Shown: in pieces, positions 61,043 through 64,000 of the stretch
Layout: every line of letters begins with the position of its first letter
Position numbering within the stretch: the stretch's first letter is position 1
Origin: Bispira polyomma
Lineage: Eukaryota
Direction of reading: 5' to 3'
NCBI GenBank assembly: GCA_965649765.1
Contig: OZ287756.1
Span: 7,502,001-7,566,000, forward strand
Length of the DNA: 64,000 bases
Made by a program: the position numbers and the translations under genes
Notes under the pieces: generated by a model
Databases searched by the model: none
What the model saw: only the letters and a program-made list of their open reading frames with translations
Told to the model about the DNA's origin: nothing

Positions 61043-62104
61043 TTATCGGCACAATTGTGGGATATAATTCCTGAGTTCTTTCTTGAAGCTCTCATATTTG
61101 AGAGTGTATATAACTGGATTCAATCCACAGTTGACAAATATGAGTATATTTGCCAATTTATGTGCAAATTCCAGATGATCCACTTGAAAACTTGATGTAC
61201 TAATCAGTATGAGCGATATTGTTGCTGGTAAATAGCAGCAGATAAAGCAGAAACATACAATAAACATTGTGACCAAGATATTCGACTGCCTTTTGGAGAG
61301 CCCTCCATTAGATGAGTTAGCTGAAAGTGGTGCTACTTTACGCTTATTTCTCAGTGTCAGAAAGATATTGGCGTAGACAAATATCATAAAACAAGTAGGA
61401 AATACTTGCACAGTCACAAACACACTAAAGGAAAAGATGGCCCTGTGTAGGTCACTCCTCCAGAAGTACATAAGTTTGCAAGTGCCCTCTTGCATTCCGG
61501 TCGTAATGATCGTAATTATGCCAAAGAAGAGCGCAAACACAAAGATGGTTAGTATCCCAATGTAGGCAATTTTCTTACTCAAGTAGTTCTTATACAGCAC
61601 TGGCTTAGCAACCATGAAGTGTCTCTCTAAGGTTATCAGCACAATGTTGTAGGTAGAGGCAATCAGGAATGTCCATTGCGGAAACTGTGACCCTAAGATT
61701 CTGCAAATGATCTTGTTGTTGACAGCTAGGCTATACGGCAAGGAGCAAATGATGAGGAACAGCCCGCAAAGACAATCAAAAATAGACTGGCTTTTGATTA
61801 AGATGTTGGTCAACTCTTGGTTCATGGTTTTGCTCCTTGACAAGACAATCAAGACAAAGAGGTTGCCAAAGAAAATGAAGAGACCAGTTGGGTAGTTGAT
61901 GACAGAAACATCAATATGCCATTTTGTTCCACTCGGTAAAGGATGATTCATTGCAGTTTTATTGCTGTCGGCAGCATTTGTAATGTTGGTGGCATCATCT
62001 GTGATAGTGACAGCCGTTATCTGAGTAGTCATATACGCAGTTAGGTTTATGGCTGATTGAATAAAAGATGACTCAGTAACTGTTGTTTGATTTGCCATTT
62101 TCAT
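61043..62104 (-). CDS. Intact orphan class A (rhodopsin-like) GPCR, 353 aa from the first ATG, single coding exon
   Basis: Seven hydrophobic segments: TM1 GN, TM2 SQSIFD, TM3 Cys and LITLERH, ECL2 Cys, TM5 FP, TM6 CYLP, TM7 NCGLNPVIY, helix 8 FKKEL. N-glycosylation sequons NQT/NLT/NIT/NKT. The track start at 62140 is GTG with an in-frame TAA further upstream. Confidence 0.96.
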   Translation of the reverse strand: MKMANQTTVTESSFIQSAINLTAYMTTQITAVTITDDATNITNAADSNKTAMNHPLPSGTKWHIDVSVINYPTGLFIFFGNLFVLIVLSRSKTMNQELTNILIKSQSIFDCLCGLFLIICSLPYSLAVNNKIICRILGSQFPQWTFLIASTYNIVLITLERHFMVAKPVLYKNYLSKKIAYIGILTIFVFALFFGIITIITTGMQEGTCKLMYFWRSDLHRAIFSFSVFVTVQVFPTCFMIFVYANIFLTLRNKRKVAPLSANSSNGGLSKRQSNILVTMFIVCFCFICCYLPATISLILISTSSFQVDHLEFAHKLANILIFVNCGLNPVIYTLKYESFKKELRNYIPQLCR

Positions 62105-62195
62105 TTGTACTGAGATGAAGCCAATAAAAGTTGCACTCACGACGCAAAAAGGAGCAATGATAACTTTCCATTCTGACGGTTCTGGTTTTTATACC

Positions 62196-62240
62196 CTTGG
62201 CCGAGACAAAAACAAATAATCTTTGGCAGGATTAATTAAA
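62196..62240 (-). promoter_or_regulatory. Probable 5'-UTR intron acceptor of the GPCR gene
   Basis: Minus strand TTTGTTTTTGTCTCGGCCAAG|GG. The paralog at ~56796-56833 has CTGAC + T-tract + CTGCCAAG|GG. Confidence 0.5.
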
Positions 62241-63554
62241 TATATTAAGGGTTGCTAATCCTAGGTCTGTCAATTACCAGTCTTTCAAGTAGAAGTTCAT
62301 GTTTCCTACTGGTAATGAAATTGCTTCCAATTATTGTTTTAACTTCATGACTTAAGGTGTAGTTTTTCCAACAAACTTGCATGCAATCACAAAATTATTC
62401 ACAATCACAAAATTATCCATATTCTGGAAATTACTTTGCGATTACGTTATTATGCACAGTTTGAAAATTGCTATGCAAGTTTCTCTTACTATACTGTATG
62501 CATTAGTAGGGGACAAAAGGCAATTACAAATCGAATATTTATCTTAATTTTGAAAATTGCTGTTTTATTGTTCGCACTACAATTACACATGAGTGTTGCA
62601 AATATAAGCAATTCGGTTAATAGGTGTTCACTGTGGTATCACAAATTGTTACCCCAAATCAGTAATGAATTTTGGAATTCTCTCCTAAAAGCTTTGCTCA
62701 GTGCACAGCAAAACCGAGATCACAAAGTACTTGTCATCATCTGTTGTCTGGTATTTCTCAGGTATATCAGAATGTAGTCTTTTTTTGCAAAATGGTATCA
62801 GACTGGAATACATTTTGTAGCTGATCTAGTAGATGATAAAATATAAATATTGCACGATATTTAAAGAATCTATGGTATATCATTAGCATCTATTTTTATA
62901 CTATTACAGAGTACGAGGTTTGGTAGGTAATTTGATCTCAAACAATATTCAAAATGAAATTGTAACTAAATGATAAATATAGACTGTGCAGTATAAAAGA
63001 GGAATCGCTATTACTGTGAACAAACTTCACATTTTTTTTAATTAATAAGCTAATGAACAGAAGGCTATTTTAAGTTTATAATACCAGTATCCGTGTTAAA
63101 TGCTATTATGGGCCATTTGCAATATGACAAAAACTTCATACCCATCAACTTACTTTATATTTTAATGAAGCATTACCTATTCTACTGTGCCTATTCAAAC
63201 CGCCCTAATCTAATGGACTTTAGATTAAGGTTTCTAATGTAGTTAACTGAACGAGAAATTCTATTAAAAATAAACCATAGTAATGAAAAGTTCAACAACC
63301 CCTTTGAAAGATGGCAGCCACTTTATACCAAAAATAAAATAATACTGACATAAAATAAACAGGGGGAACTAATGCTGTTCTTTAGTTTTTCGAAAGTATT
63401 GAAAAATAGTACAAACAATATTTAATCATATGATAGAACTTTTATCATCCACATTTCCAAGACCAGATTGCTTAATATTATGAACTTACTACTACTCTCC
63501 CTAGTTGACTCAATTTTTACTAGTTTTTAGTGATAGACTGATATAAACCTTGCA

Positions 63555-64000
63555 TTGGACACCATCGTCGGAGTGACCCTCATCGTTTTAGATCTCTTAG
63601 CAGCTTCCTACACCATCGACCATGGCCTACTTTGTGACACCCTCAAAAAAATGGTTCGGACTAAATGACATTGTAATTAAATTTCTTTCTCTCAGATAAA
63701 ATAAACTAATAAACTACATGATCACTGATCATGTTTCTTAAGCTTACTATATGAAGCAACCCAAGGGTCTGTCCCTGGGCCTCTACTTTTTTATCCTCTA
63801 TGCACAATAACCTTAATATGAAACACCACATGTATGCAAACAACACCCAAGTCTGTCAATCTCCTAACCCTAAAAATACACATAAAATAGTGATCTACTG
63901 GCTGGACTGTTTGTCCTTCGTGGATGAAATACTTCAAATTGAAATGAAATCCTGACAAAACTGAATTCATTGTCATTTGAGACAAGAAACACAGTGAGCT
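63555..64000 (+). mobile_element. L2/CR1-group LINE RT fragment, related to 1-1880, running off the window end
   Basis: LDLLAASYTIDHGLL; QGSVPGPLLF; HMYANNTQ; NPDKTEFIVI. Confidence 0.85.

Overview
AT-rich, repeat-dense animal (invertebrate-type) genomic DNA with spliceosomal introns; no prokaryotic features. Two host gene families are interleaved and tandemly duplicated. (1) The + strand carries a six-exon gene that the ORF track does not assemble (16244-22213, 445 aa by my splicing). It encodes a single-pass receptor: signal-peptide-like N-terminus, a 12-Cys ectodomain ending DLCN (three-finger/Ly6-uPAR-like by pattern), a Ser/Thr mucin stalk, one TM helix, and a kinase-less tail with seven tyrosines including NPEY and an ITIM-consensus VEYLEL. 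Two decayed copies follow at ~27.5-40.1 kb and ~46.2-47.9 kb. (2) The - strand carries single-coding-exon orphan class A GPCRs: one intact (61043-62104), two pseudogenes, and two further upstream-only copies. The rest is transposon-derived: L2/CR1 and L1/Tx1 LINE remnants, tRNA-derived SINEs, a Gypsy remnant, a complete but decayed Academ-like DNA transposon, Kolobok-like MITEs, and several tyrosine-recombinase (DIRS/Ngaro-like) retroelements. One of the latter has termini that join into an 8-7-8 att-like palindrome and has a 417-bp mini/solo relative at 5.1-5.5 kb. All family assignments come from motif recognition by eye; no database searches were run.
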